NCBI GenBank assembly: GCA_001791425.1
Contig: MGEP01000030.1
Location: 1 to 24,384 of the forward strand
Length of the DNA: 24,384 bases
Origin: Candidatus Uhrbacteria bacterium RIFCSPLOWO2_02_FULL_48_12
GTDB lineage: Bacteria; Patescibacteriota; Patescibacteriia; GWA2-46-9
Direction: 5' to 3'
The translations under genes and the position numbers were made by a program. Of the stretch, positions 1 through 7,739 are shown piece by piece. Under the pieces are notes generated by a model that searched no databases, was not told the DNA's origin, and worked only from the letters and a program-made list of their open reading frames with translations. Position 1 is the first letter of the stretch; each line of letters starts with the position of its first letter.

Positions 1-2
1 CG

Positions 3-1514
3 CGTTATATAACGGATAGATTTCTGCCGGACAAAGCCGTTGATCTGATAGACGAAGCGGCTTCGTCTCTGCGCATGGAAATTGACAGCATGCCCACAGA
101 ATTGGATAAACTGAAGCGGCGGATTATTCAGCTGGAAATCGAAAAACAGGCCCTGCTAAATGAAACTGAAGTTTCATCAGTGGAGCGCCGACGCGCTCTT
201 GAGTCGGAGCTCGCTTCTTTGCAGGAGAAAAATAATCAATTATCCGTGCATTGGAAAAATGAAAAAGAAGCCATTGGTAAAATTCGCGAAGCCAAAAAGA
301 GAATAGAAACACTGAAACAGGAAGCCGAGATAGCGGAAAGGCAGGCGCAGTTTCAGCGCGTGGCGGAAATTCGTTACGGGCAGATTCCCGATTTGGAAAA
401 AGAAGTTAAGAAACAGGAAGCGAAATTAATAGCCATGCAAAAAGAAAGCGGTCAGCGCATTTTAAAAGAAGAAATAATGGAGCGCGATATTGCCGCGGTA
501 GTGGCCCGTTGGACAGGCATTCCGGTGACAAAAATGCTGGAAGAAGAAACGCATAAATTAGCGAGAGCTGAAGAAGAATTAAATAATCGCGTAGTGGGTC
601 AAGCCAAGGCCATTATTTCGGCGGCCAATGCTTTGCGCCGTTCACGCGTCGGCATCGGCGAAGAAAATCGGCCAATTGGAAGCTTCATGTTTGTGGGGCC
701 GACCGGGGTGGGTAAAACAGAGTTAGCCAAGGCCTTGGCTGAATTTATGTTTAATGATGAGCAAGCGCTGGTGCGTGTGGATATGTCTGAATATATGGAA
801 AAACACAGCGTGGCAAAATTGATCGGCTCTCCGCCCGGCTATGTTGGTTATGAGGAAGGCGGACAGCTGACGGAAAAAATTCGCCGCCGGCCGTATGCCG
901 TTATACTTTTTGACGAAATTGAGAAAGCGCATCCGGACGTATTTAATATTTTGCTGCAAATATTAGACGATGGACGACTAACCGACGCCAAGGGCAGAGT
1001 GACAAATTTCAAAAATACCATCGTTATTATGACCTCTAACTTGGGCAATCAAGTGATTCATGAGTACACGCTTGGTTTTGCTGAGGCCAAGCGACGTGCG
1101 GGCCCGCAGGACAACGAAGAAGAGATGGAGCAAAAAGTTATGGCTGTAATAAAAGAGCATTTTAAACCGGAATTTCTAAACCGCATTGATGATATAATCG
1201 TTTTCCATCATCTCGCCGAAGATAAGCTTGCGGAAATTGTTAATAAGCAATTGCTTAAGGTGCAGGGGCGGTTGAAAGAGAAAAATATTACTATCAAAGT
1301 ATCAGAAGCGGCAAAAGCGTTCATAAGCAAACAGGGTTACAATCCTGAATATGGAGCGCGGCCGCTAAAAAGAGCGATTCAGAATCTCCTGCTCGACCCC
1401 TTGGCTAAAAAAATTGTTGAAGGAAAGATATCGGAAAATTCCGAGGTGATCGTAGACAGTGACGATAAAGGAATTAATATTAAATCAGTTAAAAATAAAA
1501 CCAAATCCTCGTAG
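3..1514 (+). CDS. clpB: Chaperone ClpB, 5'-truncated by the window edge (end of NBD1, M-domain, NBD2)
   Basis: Frame is open from base 3 (RYITDRFLPDKAVDLIDEAASSLRMEID). Long ClpB-type coiled-coil M-domain with AEIRYGQIPDLEK. NBD2 Walker A GPTGVGKTE, Walker B VILFDEIEKAHPDVFN, and GARPLKRAIQ motif. Confidence 0.93.
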   Translation, partial: RYITDRFLPDKAVDLIDEAASSLRMEIDSMPTELDKLKRRIIQLEIEKQALLNETEVSSVERRRALESELASLQEKNNQLSVHWKNEKEAIGKIREAKKRIETLKQEAEIAERQAQFQRVAEIRYGQIPDLEKEVKKQEAKLIAMQKESGQRILKEEIMERDIAAVVARWTGIPVTKMLEEETHKLARAEEELNNRVVGQAKAIISAANALRRSRVGIGEENRPIGSFMFVGPTGVGKTELAKALAEFMFNDEQALVRVDMSEYMEKHSVAKLIGSPPGYVGYEEGGQLTEKIRRRPYAVILFDEIEKAHPDVFNILLQILDDGRLTDAKGRVTNFKNTIVIMTSNLGNQVIHEYTLGFAEAKRRAGPQDNEEEMEQKVMAVIKEHFKPEFLNRIDDIIVFHHLAEDKLAEIVNKQLLKVQGRLKEKNITIKVSEAAKAFISKQGYNPEYGARPLKRAIQNLLLDPLAKKIVEGKISENSEVIVDSDDKGINIKSVKNKTKSS

Positions 1515-1551
1515 AGTAAAATGACCCCGCAACAATAACGGTCTGGCTGTA

Positions 1552-1580
1552 TTGTCAGAGCTCGTGCAATAAAGTATAAT
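1552..1580 (+). promoter_or_regulatory. Sigma70-type promoter, probably leaderless
   Basis: TTGTCA (1552-1557), 17-bp spacer, TATAAT (1575-1580); ATG at 1588 is 7 nt downstream; no SD. Confidence 0.7.
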
Positions 1581-1587
1581 ATCAAGC

Positions 1588-2967
1588 ATGAAATTACGTA
1601 CTAATGTTTGGCTAATATTTTTATTAGCTTTTTTTATCTTTCAACCAGCCCGTGCCCAAGAGCAAAATAATGAATCGGCGGGGAAACCATTTAATCCAAA
1701 TTTCATCATTGACGATTGGGAACTGACTGACTATGAGTCAATGTCGGTAGATTCAATCAGGAGGTTTCTTGGCGGCAAGAGCGGTATTTTATCATCATAT
1801 CGGACCAAGGATGTTGACGGCATTGAGCGAGATGCTTCAGAAATTATTTGGCGCGCCGCGAATAGTTATAGAATCAACCCAAAATTCTTGATTGTACTTT
1901 TGCAGCGCGAGCAAAGTTTGGTGGAGAATTCTAATCCATCGCCGCGTGATTTAGATTGGGCCGCCGGCTATGCGGTTTGCGATGGATGCAGTACTGATGA
2001 TCCGGCCATTCAAAAATTTAAGGGATTCGCCGTTCAGGTTGATCGGGCCGCCTGGCGCCAGCTCTATTACCTTGAGCATCCAGCGGAATTTGGCGTTAAG
2101 CGCGGCGAAGCCAGACTGATTGACGATACCATCGTGACGCCAGCCACGCAGGCCACGGCCAATTTATACATCTATACCCCGCACCTTAATGGCAACCGTA
2201 ATTTTTGGATTAAATGGAATGAATATTTTGCCAGAAATTATCCCAACGGAACGCTCTTACAAGAGCGCGGCACTGAAAATATTTGGCTGCTGACTAATGG
2301 AGAGCTTCGCTTGGTCACATCCAAGGCCGCCTTATTTTCTGATTACGATGCCAAAAAAATCGTGACTGTTTCCACCAATGATATCTTGCGTTATGATATT
2401 GGTTTACCAATTAAATTTCCAAATTACTCGCTGCTGCGCTCGCCCAGAGGAACAGTCTTTTTGTTAGTGGATGATAAGCGCCGCGGCATTGCTTCTCGTG
2501 AAATTTTCCGCGCTCTGGGGTTTAATCCTGAAGAGGTTATTGATGCCGGCTGGGATGATATTAATTTATACTTTGAGGGTGTGCCTATTACCACAGCCGA
2601 TGCCAAGCCCTTAGGAGAGCTCATGCAGGATAAAACGACCGGCGGCGTATATTATGTATCCTATGGCGTCAAGCATCCCATCAAGTCAAGAGAAATACTG
2701 CGCAACCGTTTCGCGCGATATCCCATAAAGCCAGTGCCGCCGGCCGCCTTGGAAAAATATTATACTGGTGAACCGGTTAAATTTAAAGACGCTGAATTAG
2801 TGACTGCCCCCAATCAACCTACGGTTTATGTTATATCAAACGGGCAAAAGCGCCCCATCGCTTCCGCCGAAATCTTTAAAGACCTTGGTTACCAGTGGTC
2901 AAATATCATTGTGACGACGCCGGACGCCTTAGCCGTCCATCCTGATGGTCCGCCTATTACCGGTTAA
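1588..2967 (+). CDS. Secreted protein: signal peptide, lysozyme/SLT-like N-terminal domain and four ~60-aa tandem repeats
   Basis: N-terminal MKLRTNVWLIFLLAFFIFQPARA ends in an A-R-A signal peptidase site. INPKFLIVLLQREQS resembles the SLT/muramidase catalytic-Glu helix. Four repeats of pattern G/YxLL...V(Y/W/F)xIxxGxKRxIxS start near 2239, 2416, 2608 and 2782. Confidence 0.75.
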   Translation: MKLRTNVWLIFLLAFFIFQPARAQEQNNESAGKPFNPNFIIDDWELTDYESMSVDSIRRFLGGKSGILSSYRTKDVDGIERDASEIIWRAANSYRINPKFLIVLLQREQSLVENSNPSPRDLDWAAGYAVCDGCSTDDPAIQKFKGFAVQVDRAAWRQLYYLEHPAEFGVKRGEARLIDDTIVTPATQATANLYIYTPHLNGNRNFWIKWNEYFARNYPNGTLLQERGTENIWLLTNGELRLVTSKAALFSDYDAKKIVTVSTNDILRYDIGLPIKFPNYSLLRSPRGTVFLLVDDKRRGIASREIFRALGFNPEEVIDAGWDDINLYFEGVPITTADAKPLGELMQDKTTGGVYYVSYGVKHPIKSREILRNRFARYPIKPVPPAALEKYYTGEPVKFKDAELVTAPNQPTVYVISNGQKRPIASAEIFKDLGYQWSNIIVTTPDALAVHPDGPPITG

Positions 2968-2991
2968 AATTAAATTAATAAATACTCTAAT

Positions 2992-3798
2992 ATGGCCCTA
3001 GTCTTTGCTGCCATTGTACCGCACTCGCCGCTATTGATTCCCTCAATCGGCAAGAAAAATACTAATAATCTGTCCAAAACAATTGAGGCCATGCAAGCCG
3101 TCACTCAACAGCTTATGGCCGCCAAACCGGAAACTATTATTATTTTGTCAAACCACCCGCTTAACCCAAGCAGTAATTCTAAATCGCTCACCTTTAACAT
3201 TCATGCCCGCTACCTGGCCAATTTTGAAGAGTTCGGTGAATACGGTGCAGGTTTCAGCATGCCGGGTGATATTGCCATGGCCCACCATTTAAAACACCGT
3301 TTTGACACACTGCGCGAAAAGTATCCTGTCACAATTTCAAGCCAAGAAAAACTGGACGGGAGCATTAGCACTACCCTGTTTTATTTATTGAAGAGCCAGC
3401 CAAATATAAAACTTGTGCCCATCAATGATACCATAGAAGACGATAAGCCGGAATTTATTATTGGTGAAAGATTGCGGCGGCCGATTTATCAGGAAAAAAC
3501 AAGAATCGCTTTGGTGGCCTCGCTCAACTTATCTCATCGGTTAAGTGAACTGTCGCCGGCCGGCTATTCAGCCAAGGCCAAAACGTTTGACCAAAGAGTG
3601 CTGGAGGCCATATCCAAAAAGCATCCTTTAACCTTGGCTCGTTTTAAAAAGGAAACACTGCTAGAGGTTAAAGAATGCGCTGTGCGTCCGCTTTTGCTGC
3701 TATTTGGCATAGTGAAAAACACACATTACACTCCAGAGATATTATCTTACGAGAATCCGTTTGGTATCGGTCATATGGTCATTAATCTTAAATTGTGA
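2992..3798 (+). CDS. LigB/MEMO-fold (class III extradiol dioxygenase-like, AmmeMemoRadiSam protein B-like) protein
   Basis: N-terminal FAAIVPHSPLLIPSIGK, PETIIILS, RIALVASLNLSHRLS..SPAGY and C-terminal LSYENPFGIGHMV match the family pattern. Confidence 0.75.
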   Translation: MALVFAAIVPHSPLLIPSIGKKNTNNLSKTIEAMQAVTQQLMAAKPETIIILSNHPLNPSSNSKSLTFNIHARYLANFEEFGEYGAGFSMPGDIAMAHHLKHRFDTLREKYPVTISSQEKLDGSISTTLFYLLKSQPNIKLVPINDTIEDDKPEFIIGERLRRPIYQEKTRIALVASLNLSHRLSELSPAGYSAKAKTFDQRVLEAISKKHPLTLARFKKETLLEVKECAVRPLLLLFGIVKNTHYTPEILSYENPFGIGHMVINLKL

Positions 3799-5831
3799 TC
3801 ATGTTCGCCGACGTTGTTCCCATCAAATATTTACCGCGGGGTATTGACCAGGAATTTACTTATCGCCTGCCGGTTGGTCTTCAAAAAAACATAAAACCGG
3901 GCCAGCTTGTGATCATACCTTTTCGCCGCCAAAACATACAAGGTGCGGCGGTGAGGATATACCATGAGCAAAAAACGGCGATAAAAAAAATATTAGGTAT
4001 TAAAGCAGTTCTCCCCTATCCCCCGCTGACCTTTGGCCAGCGGGGGCTTATTGATGAATTAGAAAATCATTATGGCGCCAGCCGAACCTTGGCTTACAAA
4101 ACTGTAGTCTCGCGGCTGACGGCCAAAATCCACCTCGTCCCGCCGCGGCAGGGCGAGCAGGCTAAAAATCAGCGCCATCGTCAAAAATCAACTGCCCTGC
4201 CTTTGGCCAAGATCAATCGCCGCACTTTGCGACTGCTTCTCGGAGCACGGAGCAAGCTAACCATTATTGGCTCTCTTTATGATCCGCGTCATCCTTTGTT
4301 CATTGAATATATACGTCGCCGCCTCAAAAATAGAGGTCAAGTCCTTTTGCTTTTTCCGGACAATGAGTCAGCAGAGATTGCCAAAAAGTCTTATGAAAAA
4401 TATTTTAATGAGTTCGCTTTGGTAATTTGGTCTTCTCGCGCGCCAATCAGTCAGCTAGGCCTTGACTGGATGCGCATCAGCACTGGAGAGGCCAGCGTCA
4501 TATTTGCTACGCGGAGCGGGCCATTTTTACCATTCAAGTCCCTGCGGTCAGTTATCCTTTTTGACGAAGCGGATGATAATTATAAATCATGGGATCAACA
4601 GCCATATTATGACACCAGATATTTGGCCGAGAGATTGACGGCGTTTGAGCAAGTGCCGTTTTTAACAACGCGGATTTTACCGCCTCTTTGGCCGAAAAAT
4701 AGAATTCTTGGCAGGATTCAAGCTGGCGCCAAAGCAAAATTAATCATCTTGGACCGCCGTGTTTCTCGTGAGGAAAATCGGGCCGCAATTATTCCCGAGG
4801 CCGCTCTCAAAGCCATTGGCCAATCTTCAACGAGCGCTCAAAGTTTAGTTTTTGTAAATCGTCTTGGTTATGCGGCTGTTTTATGCAATGATTGTCAATA
4901 TGCTTTTCGCTGTTCTGCATGCCATTCATTTTTAACTTATTTTACCCACGCACCAGTCCCGCTTGGCGGGACGGTGCGGGGTTCCGCTCCACGGAACCCC
5001 GTTCGGCAAGAAGCCACGGCTGTAAAGCCGTGGAGCTTCACTCCCGCCCCCGTTCCGCCGAGCGGGGTTCAGCCGCAGGACCCAACTTCGGCCGAGCATT
5101 CGGCCGCTGCCCTTAAGTGCCAGAAATGCGGTCACATAGAAAATAACCTCAACTCTTGCCCCCACTGCCATGGTTTAAAATTGCGATATTTTGGGTTGGG
5201 CATTGAAAGAATTTTAGAGGAGCTAAAACATAAATTTCCAAACAAAATAATTCAGCGCTTGGATCGTGATTCTTTGAAAAAGAGCAGTAATCTTTTTGCC
5301 CTGCTCAATAAGATTAAATCCAACCAAGTGGAGATCACCGTTGCCACCTCTATAATTTTGCCTCGCCTCTGGGCTCTGCCCTTATTTAATACAGTGACTA
5401 TAATGCAGGCCGAGAGCTTGTTTTTGTCGCCCCAATGGCATGCCAATGAGGATGGCCTAACCGCAATCCATCAATTATGGGCCGCCGCTAAACAATATTG
5501 CTATGTTGAGACCAATCTGCCTGAACATCCGGCGATTAAAGCCGTTAAATCCGGCCAAGAGAGCGAATTTGCCAAACACGAACTTTATGACAGAAAGAGG
5601 TTTCATTACCCGCCCTACGCGCGTCTCATTAAGCTAACCGCCGCCAATCAGCAATTTGTTTTGCCGCGGTCAATTGAGGACGATCATAATTTAAATATCG
5701 TTAACCTGGACCAGCAAAAAAATAAAAAAACAGTTTTAATAAAAGCGCCGCTTGATTATAAATTAAATCAGCTCTGGCCGCACCTTGACGCCAATTGGAA
5801 AATTGACGTTGATCCGGTGTCTATTAGTTAG
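3795..5831 (+). CDS. priA: Primosomal protein N' (PriA) with degenerate helicase motifs and an in-frame insert (start GTG 3795 or ATG 3801)
   Basis: N-terminal 3'-DNA-binding domain (EFTYRLP..KPGQLVIIPF), IFATRSGPFLP, DEADDNYK, FVNRLGYA, four CxxC pairs, GLGIERI, and C-terminal RFHYPPY. Lies in the usual priA-def-fmt context. Confidence 0.9.
   Translation: MIMFADVVPIKYLPRGIDQEFTYRLPVGLQKNIKPGQLVIIPFRRQNIQGAAVRIYHEQKTAIKKILGIKAVLPYPPLTFGQRGLIDELENHYGASRTLAYKTVVSRLTAKIHLVPPRQGEQAKNQRHRQKSTALPLAKINRRTLRLLLGARSKLTIIGSLYDPRHPLFIEYIRRRLKNRGQVLLLFPDNESAEIAKKSYEKYFNEFALVIWSSRAPISQLGLDWMRISTGEASVIFATRSGPFLPFKSLRSVILFDEADDNYKSWDQQPYYDTRYLAERLTAFEQVPFLTTRILPPLWPKNRILGRIQAGAKAKLIILDRRVSREENRAAIIPEAALKAIGQSSTSAQSLVFVNRLGYAAVLCNDCQYAFRCSACHSFLTYFTHAPVPLGGTVRGSAPRNPVRQEATAVKPWSFTPAPVPPSGVQPQDPTSAEHSAAALKCQKCGHIENNLNSCPHCHGLKLRYFGLGIERILEELKHKFPNKIIQRLDRDSLKKSSNLFALLNKIKSNQVEITVATSIILPRLWALPLFNTVTIMQAESLFLSPQWHANEDGLTAIHQLWAAAKQYCYVETNLPEHPAIKAVKSGQESEFAKHELYDRKRFHYPPYARLIKLTAANQQFVLPRSIEDDHNLNIVNLDQQKNKKTVLIKAPLDYKLNQLWPHLDANWKIDVDPVSIS
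4950..5106. repeat. GC-rich multi-hairpin palindromic insert inside priA (~153 bp, in frame)
   Basis: Hairpins at 4950-4977, 4977-5001, 5010-5039, 5048-5067 and 5089-5106. GC is 103/150 over 4951-5100 versus 21/60 in the preceding 60 bp. The CxxC spacer is 65 aa instead of the usual 14. Confidence 0.75.
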
Positions 5832-5840
5832 TACAAAAAA

Positions 5841-5869
5841 TAGACAGATTAAAAATTATATATCATAAT
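5841..5869 (+). promoter_or_regulatory. Putative sigma70 promoter for def-fmt, leaderless
   Basis: TAGACA (5841-5846), 17 bp, CATAAT (5864-5869); ATG 5876 is 6 nt downstream. Confidence 0.55.
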
Positions 5870-5875
5870 CTAGCC

Positions 5876-6361
5876 ATGCTTAAAATACTTCCAATTCTTC
5901 GCCACCCCAATCCCCTTCTCAGACAAAGAGCCAAAGAAGTTGATTTGAAAGTGTTGACGGAAAAAATTTTTCAGGATTTAGCGGAAGACATGATCGCCAC
6001 GATGTGGCAAGCTGATGGTGTGGGACTGGCCGCGCCGCAGATCGGGCAAGGTCTGCGTTTAATTATCGTGGCCTCGGGCAAGCAAGCCGCTACTCTCATA
6101 AATCCGGTCATTATATACAAATCATTTCGCAAAGAAGTCATGGAGGAGGGTTGTCTCTCTGTTCCCGGATTATTTGGACCGGTCAAACGCTCAAAAACGA
6201 TTCGCTATCGGGCCTACACCAGAGAAGGCAAAAAAGTGTCATTTAAGGCCGAGGGATTAACAGCGCGCATTATTCAGCATGAATTGGACCATCTGAATGG
6301 CGTATTATTTATTGATCGGGCCAAGTGGATCGCTTCGGTAGGGACGTCGGCTGAATTATGA
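5876..6361 (+). CDS. def: Peptide deformylase
   Basis: All three PDF motifs are present: GVGLAAPQIG, EGCLS and QHELDHLNG. Confidence 0.97.
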   Translation: MLKILPILRHPNPLLRQRAKEVDLKVLTEKIFQDLAEDMIATMWQADGVGLAAPQIGQGLRLIIVASGKQAATLINPVIIYKSFRKEVMEEGCLSVPGLFGPVKRSKTIRYRAYTREGKKVSFKAEGLTARIIQHELDHLNGVLFIDRAKWIASVGTSAEL

Positions 6362-7296
6362 GCAAAGCAAAGTTGATCTTTGTTGGAACAGGCCCATTCG
6401 CTGTTCCCAGTTTGTTGGCGCTGGCCGACGCCAGCAATATAGTTTTAGTTATTAGCCAGCCGCCGCGTCCGAGCGGCAAAAAACAACTGCTCATACCTTC
6501 AGCGGTTGAGGCCGCCGCTAAAAAAATCAAGCTAAACATTTTAACCCCTCAGCGCCTAGAGGATTTAAACGATAAATTTATTGATGGTCAGGCGGATTTA
6601 ATGATTGTCGCCGATTATGGGCAAATTATCCCAGAAAATATTTTAAAAATTCCAAGCCGCGGCGCCATAAACATTCATCCGTCTCTTCTGCCCAAACACC
6701 GCGGTCCGGCGCCAATTGCTGCCGCCATACTTAACGGCGATACTGCTACCGGCGTTTCTATAATTTTAATGGATGCAAAAATGGATCATGGGCCAATCAT
6801 TGCCCAGGAAAGCTATACCTTGACTGGCTGGGAGAGGGCGGTTGATCTTGAGCAAAATTTAGCCCAGCAGGCCGCGGCCATGGTTGTAAAATACATACCA
6901 GCGTTCTTGGCCGGGCAAATTCAGCCCCAAGAGCAAAACCATGAGTTAGCTACTTACCATAAATTAATCAAACGCACTGATGGTGAAATAATATGGAATA
7001 AGTCAGCCGTCACCATTGAGCGCAAGTGGCGTGCTTATTATCCTTGGCCGGGTATATGGTGGCGCCGGAAAATAAACAAACAAGATAAAATTATTAAATT
7101 GCTTGAGGTGGAATTATTCTCTGCGCCCGCGCCAGCCCTTACACCCGGCACATTTTTTTGGCTAAATCATACGCTGGGTGTGGCCGCCGCTAACGGCTCC
7201 CTGAAAATTAATAAACTACAGGTGGAAGGCAAAATGCCGTTGATGGCAGAACAATTTTTCAGAGGTTATCATGATATAATTATTCAGTTGCCATAA
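6358..7296 (+). CDS. fmt: Methionyl-tRNA formyltransferase
   Basis: IFVGTGPFA, VADYGQII, NIHPSLLPKHRGPAPI and MDHGPI motifs; ATGA overlap with def. Confidence 0.97.
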   Translation: MSKAKLIFVGTGPFAVPSLLALADASNIVLVISQPPRPSGKKQLLIPSAVEAAAKKIKLNILTPQRLEDLNDKFIDGQADLMIVADYGQIIPENILKIPSRGAINIHPSLLPKHRGPAPIAAAILNGDTATGVSIILMDAKMDHGPIIAQESYTLTGWERAVDLEQNLAQQAAAMVVKYIPAFLAGQIQPQEQNHELATYHKLIKRTDGEIIWNKSAVTIERKWRAYYPWPGIWWRRKINKQDKIIKLLEVELFSAPAPALTPGTFFWLNHTLGVAAANGSLKINKLQVEGKMPLMAEQFFRGYHDIIIQLP

Positions 7297-7298
7297 CA

Positions 7299-7326
7299 CA
7301 ACAACCCCGCCTCGGCGGGGTTGTTG
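7299..7326. terminator. Bidirectional hairpin/terminator between convergent fmt and CxxC gene
   Basis: Perfect 12-bp stem CAACAACCCCGC-ctcg-GCGGGGTTGTTG between two convergent stop codons. Confidence 0.8.
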
Positions 7327-7344
7327 ATTAAAGAATTTTAATTC

Positions 7345-7581
7345 TTAGTAACGGTTGCGCGGTCCGCTGAAATTTTGCCGGCGCTGACGATTACAATCGC
7401 GACAATAGACAGGTCGGTCAGTAGACGGCTGGAACGGCAGTTCTTTAATATCCATGCCGCAATTCGCGCACTTCAAACCCATGCTTGATACATCAACCAT
7501 CGGTCGCGGCGCGAATCCGCGTCCGCCGGAGAAACCGCCCTGTCCTTGAGGGGCGTAGTTTCCATCATTTTGGAATGCCAT
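7345..7581 (-). CDS. CxxC-x17-CxxC family small zinc-finger protein (TIGR04272-like)
   Basis: CANC-(18 aa, ELPFQPSTDRPVY)-CRDC; Gly/Arg-rich N-terminus and Arg-rich C-terminus. Confidence 0.85.
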   Translation of the reverse strand: MAFQNDGNYAPQGQGGFSGGRGFAPRPMVDVSSMGLKCANCGMDIKELPFQPSTDRPVYCRDCNRQRRQNFSGPRNRY

Positions 7582-7642
7582 GTTAAATAGTCACCTCGCT
7601 TTCGTCCCAGTAGGGATTCGTTCTAAAGCTCGACTATTTAAC
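7582..7642 (-). promoter_or_regulatory. Structured 5' UTR stem-loop directly abutting the start codon
   Basis: Perfect 11-bp inverted repeat GTTAAATAGTC/GACTATTTAAC (7582-7592 and 7632-7642). It encloses inner stems GCTTT/AAAGC and TCCC/GGGA and a GAGGT SD-like sequence. Confidence 0.6.
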
Positions 7643-7699
7643 TTGGCGATGGAAACTCGCTGTTTGTTAAAATCGTTCGTGGCTTTAAACGTTGAAAGC

Positions 7700-7728
7700 A
7701 GTATAGCAGTTACCAATTGTTTTGTCAA
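7700..7728 (-). promoter_or_regulatory. Near-consensus sigma70 promoter for the CxxC gene
   Basis: Minus strand TTGACA (7728-7723), 17 bp, TATACT (7705-7700). Confidence 0.8.
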
Positions 7729-7739
7729 TGCACAATATC

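Noticed and set aside
4134-4157. GC-rich hairpin CTCGTCC-cGCCgcGGCa-GGGCGAG in the PriA linker as another repeat insert
   Set aside because: Short, with wobble pairs and mismatches, and no second copy in the window; could be chance.
7590-7640. Hammerhead ribozyme in the CxxC leader (GGACGAAA motif)
   Set aside because: The required CUGANGA core is absent.
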